Of a stretch of 64,000 nucleotides of DNA, positions 1 through 12,700 are shown piece after piece (the first letter of the stretch is position 1; every line of letters starts with the position of its first letter). The stretch spans positions 143,346,001 through 143,410,000 of the forward strand of contig CM059431.1 of NCBI GenBank assembly GCA_030390025.1. The letters are read 5' to 3'. The notes beneath the pieces were generated by a model. It made no database searches. It saw only the letters and a program-made list of their open reading frames with translations, and was not told where the DNA came from. The position numbers were made by a program, and so were the translations under genes. Source of the stretch: Squalus acanthias. Lineage: Eukaryota.

Positions 1-1431
1 CTTGATTTCATATGTCTCTCTCACTGCCTGCCTGCCTTGTCTTGATTTGAGTGTAGTGGAATAAAAATAATGCAAATATCCCAGAGCAGTTGTTACTGTC
101 AGACAGTCCACAAATACATTTATCAATATCTCATTGACTGACTGTCTGTCCTGAAGTGAAGTGAAATGAAATAAACTGCAATAAAGTGATGCACAACAGC
201 ATTACATGTGGACCAGGCCAGAATGAAATCACTAGGATTTAGTACAACAACAGCAGGTAATAAGACACCAGACCACATTTCACAGAAACACCAGCTTTTG
301 CCCTCTCTCTCTCACACACACTCTCGCAGCCTGGCCAGCCTGCAGAGGGATGACTGCCGTGTTGGAAGATTAAAACCAAAACGACACTTTTTAGTATGTT
401 ATCTTTTCACTTTGTGGCCTACAGAAACAGGTTTTCTACTCTGCAACTTGCCTTTTGATTTCATGTCTCTCTCTCTCACTGACTGTGTCTGTCTCTCTCT
501 CACTCACACAGTCTCCCTCCCACCCACATTGAACTAAAATTTACAGTAACATGACACACAGACTCACACACACTCTGCAATTTGCAGACACACAGACACC
601 CATTCACATACAGACACACTCACACAGACTCTGCAATTTGCCGACACACAGATACCCACGCATATACAGACACACTCACACAGACTCTGCAATTTGCAGA
701 AACTCACACACAGTCATCCATTTTGAAAGATGTGCAGCCTAGGTTTGTCAACTTTTGATGATGTCACTTCCTGGCTGTGCGACCATGTTTGATGAGGGCA
801 ATCCAACAGGAAGAAGAGAAGCTGAGGCCCCAGAAATCCGGGTCCCCGAGAGGAAATGAAAGCCCAGGAGAGTGAAAAGAAGTAAATACAATCAGGAATT
901 AATAATATATATACTTTACTTTTGTTAACAAAATGACTGTGTGTCTGTGATTTGCGTGGAGTGGAATAAAATGAATGGAAAGATCCCACAGCAGCTTTTA
1001 CTCTGAAAACATCCCAAGCACATTCCCCTATAAAGTCCACTCCAGAAAAAAATCAAATGGATTATTCTGAAAATAGTTTTTAAAAATATATAATATACAT
1101 ACTTTGTTTTTACAATAGTCTTGACTTGTTTTGGTTGGGATAAAGGGTAGTGTAAGATCTCACAGCAGGATATGCCATGAAACACTCCACAAACATTCCC
1201 CTAATAAAGTCCAGTCTCTAAAAATATCAAATGGCTTGATGTATATATGTAGCCTTGCTTTTTACAAAATTCTTGAAAGGCATAGTAAGATCCCACAGCA
1301 GTGCGGACTGGAATGAAATCTTCATGGTCTAATGGTGTTTACTTTCTGTTTTAATCAGAAATGATATGCAGTACCAATGCACACGGCAGGTAACTTGAAC
1401 ACAGACAAGCCCTGCATACACACCAGCTTTT

Positions 1432-1483
1432 GCTCTCTCTCTCTCTCTCTCTCTTTCTCACACACACACACACACACACACAC
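1432..1483. repeat. (CT)n(CA)n microsatellite
   Basis: Direct reading. Confidence 0.95.
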
Positions 1484-1644
1484 AGTCCTTCCTCCAAAAT
1501 TGCCAAAAACACTAGCAGCAGTGAAAGAAAGTTGATTTCTATCATTCCTCTGCTATGTTTGGCAGTTCAAAAGCAAACAGACACCTCTCAGTATCTTATC
1601 TTTTCCTTTTGCGGCCTACAGAAACAGGCTTTCTATTCTGCATC

Positions 1645-1866
1645 AAAAGCAAATGCTGTGGATGTGGGAAATCTGAAATAAAAACAGAAAATGTTGGAAA
1701 TACGCAGCAGGTCAGGCAGCATCTGTGGAGAGAGAGAGACCTTTCATCAGATTCTGACAAGGTTCTGACGAAAGGTCATTGAGCTGAAACGTTAACTGTT
1801 TCTCTCTCTCTCTCCACAGATGCTGCCTGATCTGCTGAGTATTTCCAGCATTTCTGTTGTTATTTC
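1645..1866. mobile_element. Inverted pair of Penelope family B terminal repeats (palindrome) with a hammerhead motif at 1762-1796
   Basis: cagcaggtcaggcagcatctgtggagagag ... ctctccacagatgctgcctgatctgctg; gtt-CTGACGA-a-aggtc att gagct-GAAA-cgtt-aac. Confidence 0.75.
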
Positions 1867-2684
1867 TATTCTGCATGTTGTCTTGATTTCATGTGTCTCT
1901 CTCACTGCCTGCCTGCCTTGTCTTGATTTGAGTGGAGTGGAATACAAAGAATGCAAATTTCCAGAGCAGCTTTTACTGTCAGACAGTCCACGGAGACATT
2001 TTTCAGTATCTCACTGACTGACTGTCTGTTTTGAAGTGAAGTGAAATGAAATAAAGTGCAATAAACTGATGCACAACAGCATTACATGTGGACCAGGCCA
2101 GAATGAAATCACTAGGATTTAGTACAACAACAGCAGGTAATAAGACACCAGACCACATCTCACACAAACACCATCTTTTGCCCTCTCTCTCTATCACACA
2201 CACACCCTGGGCAGCCTGCAGAGGGATGACTGCCGTGTTGGAAGATTAAAACCAAAAAGACACTTTTTAGTATGTTACTTTGTGGCCTACAGAAACAGAC
2301 TTTCTATTCTGCAAGTTGCCTTTTGATTTCATGTCTCTCTCTCACTGACTGTCTGACTGTCTGTCACTCACACAGTCTCCCTCCCACCCACATTTAACTA
2401 AAATTTACAGTAACATGTGTAAGCTTTTTATTTCGACTGGCATTAAAATGACAGCAAGACCAATTCTTTTGAAACAATTTTTAATAAGTTTATTAAACAC
2501 ACAAACTCCTGCAAGTGTATTAAACACACACATTCATACACATCAAAACAATAGCCTACTGGTATTTATGGACTCTATTCAATTACAACACGTAAGGTAA
2601 TGGGTTAGATTTACACAGACTGGTACTTCCGAGTCAAGCAATGCACGCGGCCTTTTTCCTTGTTTCTTGGTCTGGTCTGTAGAG

Positions 2685-3672
2685 CCGGCAGTAGACACAA
2701 CCAACAGAGTACCCTACGTCGTCCAGTACTTCCCCGGAGCGGAAAAACTACGCCATGTTCTTCGCAGCCTTCAACATGTCATCGATGACGACGAACACCT
2801 TGCTAAGGCCATCCCCACGCCTCCACTACTCGCCTTCAAGCAGCCGCCTAACCTCAAAAGTACCATCGTTCGCAGCAGATTACCCATCTTTCAGGAGAAC
2901 AGCAACCACGACACCACACAACCCTGCCACGGCAACCTCTGCAAGACATGCCAAATCATGGACACAGATACCATCATCACACGTGAGGACACTACCCACC
3001 AGGTACACGGTACATACTCATGTGACTCGGCCAACGTTGTCTACCTGATACGTTGCAGTAAAGGATGCTCCAGAGCATGGTACATCGGCGAGACCATGCA
3101 GACACTGAGACAACGTATGAACGGACACCGCGCAACAATCGCCAGGCAGGAGGGTTGCCTCCCAGTCGGGGAACACTTCAGCAGCCAGGGTCATTCAGCC
3201 TCGGATCTGCGGGTAAGCGTTCTCCAAGGCGGCCTTCGGGATACACGACAGCGCAAAATCATAGAGCAGAAACTGATAGCCAAGTTCCGCACTCATGAGG
3301 ATGGCCTCAATCGCGATATCGGGTTCATGTCACGATACAGAACGTGACTTGACATCATGGCCGGTCTTCCCAGGTGTTTTTTTTTTTTTAAAAAGACTAA
3401 CACAAGAACCAACACAAATTGACAGGATATGCAGCCAGCAGGTGGTTTGACACGTTGGACCCCCTGGGACACATCTCATTGTCTTGGCTGTGCTCTTAGT
3501 GTGTCTTTGATGTAGGGAAAGATTTGAATAGATTTTGTCTGTGTTTAAATTGTGAATTCTGGGAGATTCTCTCACTGCTAACCTACCTGAGGAAGGAGCG
3601 AACAGCTCCGAAAGCTTGTAAAATTAAATAAATCTGTTGGACTATAACCTGGTGTTGTGCGACTTCTCATTT
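2685..3672 (+). mobile_element. Penelope-like retroelement family A, 5'-truncated (GIY-YIG endonuclease plus terminal repeat)
   Basis: ORF with CHGNLCKTC...NVVYLIRC...WYIGETMQTLRQRMNGHR; 12-bp TSD TGGTCTGTAGAG at 2673-2684 and 3673-3684. Confidence 0.92.
3584..3620 (+). ncRNA. Minimal type-I hammerhead ribozyme motif (Penelope family A)
   Basis: tac-CTGAGGA-a-ggagc[gaaca]gctcc-GAAA-gctt-gta. Confidence 0.7.
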
Positions 3673-4871
3673 TGGTCTGTAGAGGGAGGACTTCTTGCTT
3701 TTCCGCGTAGTTATCCAGAGAGAGAGAGCCTTTTGGGTTCCTTGTTTTATACCTTTTTAAGTTAATTGTCTCTACTCTAAATTGCTAAGACCCCAGGATT
3801 AGGTCTTAGTTTCATGGCAGTTCTTGATTGGCTTTCCATTGAACATGTGTCTGTCTGCAGTGGCTGCTGCAATTTCTTGATTAAGTCAATTGTTTATTGA
3901 CACCTTTTAATGGCTCTTGAGTTTCAATGGTGAGTCTCTGTGGGGGGTTATCCATTTATGCAGGTTTCCTTTGTTAAGTTTCACGCCGTTGCCTTGAGCA
4001 GGGAGATCCATAAACATCTTATATTAATAGTCTCCAGTCCATCACACATACAAAACATATTTTTATTCTTACACATGACACACACACTCACACACTCTGT
4101 AATTTGCAGAAATTCACACTCAAACATCCACTTTGAAAGGGGTGCAGCCTGGGAGTGTCTATTTTTGATAACGTCCCTTCCTGGCTGTGGGGACATGTTT
4201 AATGACGATCATCCAATAGGAAGAAGTGAAGCCAAGGCCGCAGAAATCTGGGACCCCACGCGGAAATTGAAGGACCGGGAGGGTGAAAAGATGGAAATAA
4301 AATTATGGATCAATAATACATATACATTACTTTTGTTAACGAAATGTCTGTGTCTGTCTGTGATTTGTGTTAAGTGGAATAAAATGAATGGAATGATGAC
4401 ACAGCAGCTTTTGATCTGAAAACACCCCAAGCACATTCCCCAATAAAGCCCAGTCCCAAAAAACATCAAATGGATCATTCTGAAAATATTTTTAATATAT
4501 AATATATAAACTTTGTTTTTACAAAAGTCATGTCTTGTAGTGGTTGGGCTTAAAGGGGAGAGTAAGATCCCACAGCAGGATATGCTCTGAAACAGCCCAC
4601 AAACATTCCTCGATAAAGTCCAGTGCAGAAAAAATCAATTGGCTTGATGTATATATGTAGCTTTGCTTTTTACAAAAGTCTGGAAAAATGGCAAAGTAAG
4701 ATCCCACAGCATTACCACCACCACACACACACACACACACACACGCAATGAAAGAAAGTTGATTTCTGTCATTGCTCTGCTGTGTTCGGCAGCTTAAAAG
4801 CAAAAACACACTTTTCAGAATTTTATCTTTTCATTTTGCAGCCTACAGATACAGGCTTTCTATTCTGCATC

Positions 4872-5116
4872 AAAAGCAAAATATTACTGATGCTGGAAAT
4901 GGGAATAAAAACAGAAAATGCTGGAAATACTCAGCAGGTCAGGCAGCATCTGTGGAGGGAGAAACAGAGTTAACGTTTCATCTCGATGACCTTTCTTCAG
5001 ATTCTGGCAAAGTTCTGACGACAGTTCATCGAGCTGAAAAATTAACTCTGTTTCTCTCTCTCTCCACAGATGCTGCCTGACCTGCTGAGTATTTCCAGCA
5101 TTTTCTGTTTTGATTT
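4872..5116. mobile_element. Inverted pair of Penelope family B terminal repeats (duplicate of 1645-1866)
   Basis: Arms aaaacagaaaatgctggaaatactcagcaggtcaggcagcatctgtgga and its reverse complement; degenerate hammerhead motifs on both strands. Confidence 0.75.
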
Positions 5117-5237
5117 CTATCCTGCATGTTGCCTTGATTTCATGTGTGTTTCTCACTGCCTGCCAGCCTGTCTGGTCTTGATTTGAGTGGAGTGGAATTA
5201 GAAGAATGCAAATATCCCACAGCAGCTTTTACTGTCA

Positions 5238-5436
5238 GACCTCCTCCAGAGGGGACCGACCCAGGCCTCCTTCAGAGGGGACCGATCCAGGCCTCGTCCA
5301 GAGGGGACCGACCGAGGCCTCCTCCAGAGGGGACCGACCGAGGCCTCCTCCAGAGGGGACCGACCGAGCTCTCCTCCAGAGGGGACCGACCGAGGCCTCC
5401 TCCAGAGGGGACCGACCGAGGCCTCCCCCAGAGGGG
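5238..5436. repeat. 26-bp minisatellite, about 7.5 copies
   Basis: Unit gaggcctcctccagaggggaccgacc. Confidence 0.95.
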
Positions 5437-5877
5437 GAGAAGGTGGGATGTACTTTAGAGAAAATGTTATTTAATATGTTAAAACAATGAAGCCAGTTAT
5501 TGAAATTGTCGAGGAGACCAGGCGTGAGCTGAAGTAAGTGGTGGAGATTTATTAACACAACACAGGGACAACAACAATAACTTGCATTTATATAGAGGCT
5601 TTAATGTAATGAAACAACACAAGGCAATTAGCAGACAAAATTCGACATTGAGCCACATAAGGAGATTTTAGGAGGCATGGCCCAAAGCTCGGTGAAACTG
5701 GTCGGTTTTAAAAAGCATTTAAAGGAGGAGGAGAGGGAGGTAGAGCTGCGAAGAGGGTCAGGGCGGGTATTCCAGAGTTTAGGCCTTGGCAGCTGAAGTC
5801 ATGGCGCCAATGTGGAGCAATAAAAATCGAGGATGTGCAACAGGTGAGAGGAGTGAAGAGATCTCGGAGGGTTGTAG

Positions 5878-6355
5878 GGGCACTTGTTACAGAGTCAGAC
5901 TCCCCACTGGGGGAGACACACACTGTACACAGGGACACTTGTTACAGAGTCAGACTCCTCCCTGGGGGAGACACACACTGTACACAGGGACACTTGTTAC
6001 AGAGTCCGACTCCTCACTGGGACAGACACACACTGTACACAGGGACACTTGTTACAGAGTCCGACTCCTCACTGGGAGAGACACACACTGTACACAGGGA
6101 CACTTGTTACAGAGTCCGACTCCTCACTGGGAGAGACACACACTGTACACACGGACACTTGTTACAGAGTCTGACTCCCCATGGGAGAGACACACACTGT
6201 ACACAGGGACACTTGTTACAGAGTCTGACTCCTCACTGGGAGAGACACACACTGTACACAGGGACACTTGTTATAGAGTCAGACTCCTCACTGGGAGAGA
6301 CACACAGTGCACACAGGGACACTTGTTAGAGTCCAAATCCTCACTGGGAGAGACC
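5878..6355. repeat. 55-bp minisatellite, about 8.5 copies, downstream of NLR paralog 1
   Basis: Unit gggacacttgttacagagtccgactcctcactgggagagacacacactgtacaca. Confidence 0.95.
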
Positions 6356-6662
6356 CCCAGGAATACTGAGTGCGATTGTCAGTGTCCCACTGCAGCACAG
6401 ACTGAGCCCCACCCTGGGCCCTTCCTGTCTGTGCATTTCCCCAGTGCTCCATTGGGGGACATTCAGCCCCGGATATCCTGCAGAAGCAGCGATGTGGGGC
6501 CGGGCGGCTGGGTCTCGTGACCCTGTGGCTGGGTCTCTGACCTCACAATGGGAGATGACGCTTGCTCAACTCGAGCTGGACACCCTTAAATTAAATTAAA
6601 ATCAAATCATCGGCCAACAATGGTCATATAATGAGAGCATGTGACGTCATCAATTGAAATGT

Positions 6663-6750
6663 TCACACATCCACACTCAGTCCGGGTCTTGTTCCCTGCA
6701 GTGACTTCAACTGTTTCGCTCCGGTTGAACTGAACTGATTCCTGCCCAGC
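6663..6750 (-). CDS. NLR paralog 1 terminal coding exon
   Basis: tgtttcag|[29 protein letters not shown]. Confidence 0.88.
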
Positions 6751-9700
6751 CTGAAACAGATTAAATATTAAACAGGATATAAACAGATTGAACAACAGTG
6801 TAAATAACAGGGAGACTAGGGTTAATATTTCAATAATAATTACAGACAAATATTACAATAAAAGTGACTGAATCCCATTGATATTTTATTTATTACATTA
6901 AACATTAACACAAACACTCACTCGATCCGCTCCAGACTCCTGCAGGTCAATATGAAGCGGCGGAGAGCGGGGACAGATCGGTCTGTGAAGGAGTTTGATT
7001 GCAGGTTCAGATCCGTCAGTGACCGGATTGTACTGAGAGCGGAGGCGAGATCCTCGCCACAAGAATCTGTGAGACCGACTCTCGATAGACTGGGGATCAG
7101 AGCGAGAAATAACAGGAATCTGAGTAAATCCTCAGTCTTTATTAATAACACTATTACTGATACTAATAATAATGTAGTGTCAGACATCCACTTATTATAA
7201 ACACAATCTCACACAGTCTGGTACTTACTGCAGTTTCTGTATTTTACAGTCCGGGTTCCTCAGAGCCGCAGACAGTAGTTTCACTCCTGAATCTCCCAGT
7301 TTATTGCAGTTCAGGTCCAGATCCGTCAGTGAGCGGTTTGTACTGAGAACGGAGGCGAGATCCCCGGCACAAGAATCTGTGAGACCTACAGAACCCAGCC
7401 TGGGGATCATAAGAACATAACAGTAGCAGAAATAGGCCATTCGGCCCTTCGAGCCTGCTCCGCCATTCAATGAGATCATGGCTAATCTTGTGCCTCAACT
7501 CCATTCACCGGCCCTATCGCCATATCCCTTGATGGTCTTACCAGTCAGAAATCTATTGACTTCTGTTTTGAATATACCCAATGACTGAGCCTCCACAGCC
7601 CTCTGGGGTAGAGAATTCCAAAGATTCACCGCCCTCCTTGTGAAGAAATGTCTTCTCCTCTCAGTCCTGAATGGCCTACCCTTTATCCTGAGGCTGTGGC
7701 ACCTGGTTCTAGACTCCCCAGCTAAGGGATACATTCTCCCAGCATCCATCCTATTAAGCCCTGTAATAATTTTACATGCTTCAATGAGATCCCCTCTCAT
7801 TCTTCTGGATTCAAGAGAATACAGACCTAGTTTACTCAATCTATTCTTATACGACGGTCCCGCCATCCGAGGAATCAATCTGGTGAACCTTCGTTGCACT
7901 CCCTCTATGGCAAGTATATCCTTCCTTAGGTAAGGAGACCAAAATTGTACACAGTACTCCAGGTGTGGTCTCACCAAGGCGTATATAATTGGAGTAACAC
8001 TTCTTCACTCCTGTACTCAAATCCTCTTATAAGGAAGGCCAGCATACCATTTGCCTTCCTAATGGCTTGCTGCACCTGCACATTCACTTTCAGTGACCCA
8101 TGTACAAGGACACCCAGGTTCCCTTTGAGCATTTGCATTCCCCAATCTTGCACCATTTAGGAAATACTCTGCCTTTATGTTTTGTCTACCAAAGTGGATA
8201 ACTTCACATTTATCCACATTATATTCCATCTGCCATGATCTCGCCCACTCACTGAGCCTGTCGAGATCACCTTGAAGCATCTTCACATCCCCTTCGCAAC
8301 TGACACTGACAACTAGCTTTGTATCATCAGCAAATTTGGAAATGTTACATTTAGTGCCCTCATCCAAATCATTGATATAGATTGTGAATAGCTGGGGCCC
8401 AAGCACCGATCCTTGCGGTACCTTGCGTCACAGCCTGCCATCCCGAGAAAGACCCGTTTATCCCTACTCTTTGTTTTCTGTCTGTTAATCAATTCTGAAT
8501 CCATGCTGGTACATTACCCCCAATTCCATGTGCCTTAATTTTTTTCACTAACCTCTTGTGTGGGACCTTATCGAAGGCCTTCTGAAAATCCAGATACACC
8601 ACATCTACCGGTTCCCCTTTGTCTACTCCATTTGTTACATCCTCAAAGAACTCCAAAAGGTTTGTCAAACAGGATTTCCCTTTCATAAATCCATGTTGAC
8701 TCTGCCCAATCTTACTATCAGTTTCTAAGTGCCAAGTTATTGCATCCTTTATAATAGATGCCAGCATTTTCCCAACTGCTGATGTGAGGCTAAGAGGTCT
8801 GTAGTTCCCCGTTTTCTCCCTCCCTCCTTTCGTAAATAGCGGGGTTACTTTTGCTATCCTCCAAGCTGCAGGAACCGTTCCAGAATCTATAGAATTTTGG
8901 AAGATGACAACCAATGCGTCCACTATTCCAATGGTTACCTCTTTCAAAACCCTAGGATGTAGGTCATCCGGTACTTGGGATTTTTCGACTTTTAGTCCCA
9001 TTAATTTTGCTAGTACTGTTTTTTTACTAATAATTTATTTAAGTTCCTCATTCTCGTCACGCCCTTGTTTTTCTCGGATTTCTGGGAGGTTTTTTGAGTC
9101 TTCCTCCGTGAAGACAGAAACAAAGTATTTATTTAATTTCTCGACCATTTCCTCATTCCCCATTATAAATTTTCCCATCTCTGACTGTAAAGGACCTACA
9201 TTTACCTCCGCCAGTCTTTTCCTTTTCACATACCTATAGAAGCTTTTACAATTCGTTTTTATATTTTTCGCTAGTTTGTGCTCATATTCCATTTTCCCTT
9301 TCTTTATCAATTTCTTGGTCCCCCTTTGCTGATTTCTAAATAGATCCCAATCCTCAGGCTGACCGCTTTTTCTGGCAACGTTATAAGCTTCCTCCTTTGA
9401 CTAAATACTAGCTTTAATTTCTTTTGTCAGCCATGGTTGAATCAATTTTCCTTTTCGGTTTTTATGCCCTAGAGGAATTTATGTTTGTTGCAAATTATGC
9501 ATTATTTCCTTGAATGTTAGCCATTGTAAGCCCACCTTCGTACCTTTCAGTGTAGTCTCCCAATATACCTTGGCCATCTTGTCCCTCATACCCTTGTAGT
9601 TTCCTCTGTTTAGATTGAAGACCTGAGTTTCAGATTGGACTACATCACTCTCAAACTTAATGTAAATTCAATCATATCATGGTCACTTGTCCCTAATGGC

Positions 9701-12700
9701 CCCTTTGCCACAAGATTACTGATTAGCGCTTTCTCATTACAAAGTACCAGATCCAGAATAGCCTGTTCCCTGTTTGGTTCGTCCACATAATGATCCAGGA
9801 AACCATCTCGCATGCATTTCAAGAATTCGTCCTCCACACCATTAGTGGTAATTTGATTTGCCCAGTCAATATGTAGATTAAAGCCCTCCATGATTACCGT
9901 ATTACCCTTGTTACATGCACTTCTAATATCGTGACAGATTCTGTGCCCTACATTACCATTACTATTTGGTGGCCTATACACAACTCGCACCAATGTTTTC
10001 CGCCCTTGGCTGTTTCTTAGCTCCACCCAAACTGATTCCAGTTCTACATCACGATCTGCCAAGCTAAGATCTTTTATCTCTACCGTACCGATCTCATCCC
10101 TTATTAACAGCGCTACGCCAGCTCCTTTTCCTTTTTGTCTGTCCTTCCTAAATATTGAGTACCCTGGAACATTCAGTTCCCAGCTTAGGTTACCCTGCAA
10201 CCATGTCTCTGTAATGGCAATTACATCATACCCATTTACTTCTATTAGTGCCATTAATGCATCCACCTTTTTGCGAATGCTACGTGCATTTAGATAAAGT
10301 GCCTTCAACTTAGCCTGTTTAATATGTTTCTGCACTTTGACCCTCTTTACTGTTGGCGTTTGATTCTGCTCCCTACCAGTATTGCTGAGTACTTTTCTAA
10401 CTTGCACTTCCAGTTTTGTTTCTCTCCGTTCTGGGCCCACACTTAGGTTCCCAGCCCCATTACAAACTAGTTTAAATCCTTCCCAACAGCACTAGCAAAC
10501 CCCACTGCGAGGACGTTGGTCCCGTTTCTGCCGAGCTGTAATCCATCCAGCTTGTACAGGTCCCACCTTCCCCAGAATCGGTCCCAATGCCTCAGGAAGT
10601 TAAACCCCTCCCTCTTACACCATCTCTCCAGCCACGCATTCATCTGATCTATTCTCCTATTTCTGCTCTCGCTAGCACGTGGCACTGGGAGAAATCCTGA
10701 GATTACTACCTTTGAGGTCCTGCTTTTTAATTTATTTACTAGCTTCCTATATTCTGCTTGCAGGACCTCATCCCCCTTTCAACCTATGTCGTTGGTACCG
10801 ATATGGACCACGACCTCTGGCTGTTCACCCTCCCCCTTCAGATTGTCCTGCAGCCGCTCAGTGACATCCTTGACCCTAGCACCAGGGAGGCAACATACCA
10901 TCCTGGAGTCACGTCTGCAGCCACAGAAACGTCTATCTGTTACCCTTACGTTAGAATCCCCCATCACTCTTGCTCTCTCTTTGATTTTCCTCCCCTCCTG
11001 TGCAGCTGAGCCACTCGTAGTGCCACGGACTTGGTTCTTGCTGCATTCTTCTGAGAAACCATCTCCCCAGCAGTATCCAAAATGGAGAGAGAAATAACTG
11101 GATCAGGGTAAATCCCCAGTGTTTATTAATAACACTATTACTGATACTATTAATAAAGTAGTGTTAGATATCCAGTTATTATAAACACAATCTCACAGTC
11201 TGGTACTTACCGCAGTTCCTGTATTTTACAGTCCGGGTTCCTCAGAGTCGCAGATAGTACTTTCACTCCAGAATCTCCCAGTTTATTATTACCCAGGTTC
11301 AGAAACGTCAGTGACCGGTTTGTACTGAGAGCGGAGGCGAGATCCCCGGTACAAGAAACTGGGAGACCTACATCACCCAGCCTGGGGATCAGAGAGAGAA
11401 ATAACAGGAATCAGAGTAAATCCCCAGAGTTTATTAATAACACCATTAAGGACACTAATAATAATGTTCAGTGTCAGACATCCAGTTATCATAAACACAA
11501 TCTAACACAGTCTGGTACTTACCACAGTTCCTGTATTTTACAGTCCGGGTTCCTCAGAGCCGCAGACACTAGGTTCACTCCTGAATCTCCCAGATTATTG
11601 TGATTCAGTCTAAACACAAAGAGAGAGAGAGAGAGAGAAACAGACTTAATCAAACCCCGGCTTTGATATATTTTTCTCTCTCGGATATTACAGTAATCAC
11701 TGAAAGTACTTCAGGACATTAATAGCCCGGTTTCCCCCCGTGATTTCCCACCCTGGGCGGGTCGGGCGCGGCCGGGGCAGGGGGCGGGTCGGCGGGTCCG
11801 GTGCGACCGGGGTCGGGTCGCCGCCTCGCTCTGGAGAATTGGAGGAAGCAGATCTGATGACGTCATTTGATGACGCGCACATTGAGTTTACCCATTGTGA
11901 TGTCAGTGTTCTACAGTATTGAGGTGCTGCAAACACAGACAACCTCTGCACAGAGGAGCACGGCTGCACCCAGGCTCTCCCATAACTCCCTCCACATGCT
12001 AATTCAGGTAGCCACAGCACGCAGGGCGGTACTCTTCACTTCCAATGGGCGGAAGAGACCAACACAGCCGGTTGCACATTACACAGTGGGGCTCAAGCAG
12101 GAATGTCGTCAGGAGGATCAGGCTGCAGTGCCGCAAACCTTTCAATGATCTCAGTAGATTACGAAACGTTACTGCAAAGCCACCCTCAACCTCATCCTGC
12201 TGTGCTACTCATCACATCCCCATCACTCTGCCTTCCCTACCCTACCCACGCATTCTCTCTCACACCAACTTACCTTGCACCTCCACCCATCCCTCTCTAT
12301 CTATATTAACACATCCGCATCTCACTAACCAGCACTCAAACTCGCCCTCATCCTAGTCCAATCATATCAACTAACAAAACACAAGGGTAGGTAATTGTGT
12401 GTTTCAGTCAATGTTCATGTGAAGTTTCTGTTAATGTGGTGTCAAACATTGAAATCTTTATTTTCAACACTTTCCGTTCTTCGACAGAATTGTGTGCACC
12501 TTTAGATGTGGCTTAGTGAGCTGCAGTGAATGGTGAGACATAACGGTACCCCCCGCAATGCTGATTAATGTGAGAGGAATGGTTTGGACATTGTAAGGAT
12601 GCTTTATGTTGTTGGTGTGGGTTGGTGGCAACCTGGCGCATAATGTTGCATGCAGGCCATGCAGCGTCAAGTGAAGAAAATCTGACCATGGTGAGGCCAT

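Larger units (their letters stand above)
2418..4073 (-). mobile_element. Solo LTR (about 656 bp, ERV/Gypsy-like) interrupted by a Penelope copy
   Basis: Ends TGTAAG...CTTACA; CATG TSD at 2414-2417 and 4074-4077; empty site at 550 (taacatgacac); minus-strand TATAAAA 3745-3751 and AATAAA 2489-2494. Confidence 0.8.
1..5237. repeat. Tandem duplication, unit about 1.6-1.9 kb (copies start near 1, 1882 and 5133; the third is truncated)
   Basis: cttgatttcatrtgt...ctcactgcctgcc recurs at these positions with colinear internal segments (for example 720-1300 versus 4130-4710). Confidence 0.9.

Noticed and set aside
785..865. Possible hammerhead or C/D snoRNA (tgatgag...gaaa, ctga)
   Set aside because: It lacks C3 and convincing stems, and the motif is not kept in the second copy near 4200.
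2667..3347. 226-aa GIY-YIG ORF as a standalone nuclease gene
   Set aside because: Its N-terminus comes from flanking LTR/TSD sequence; it is the truncated C-terminus of the Penelope polyprotein.
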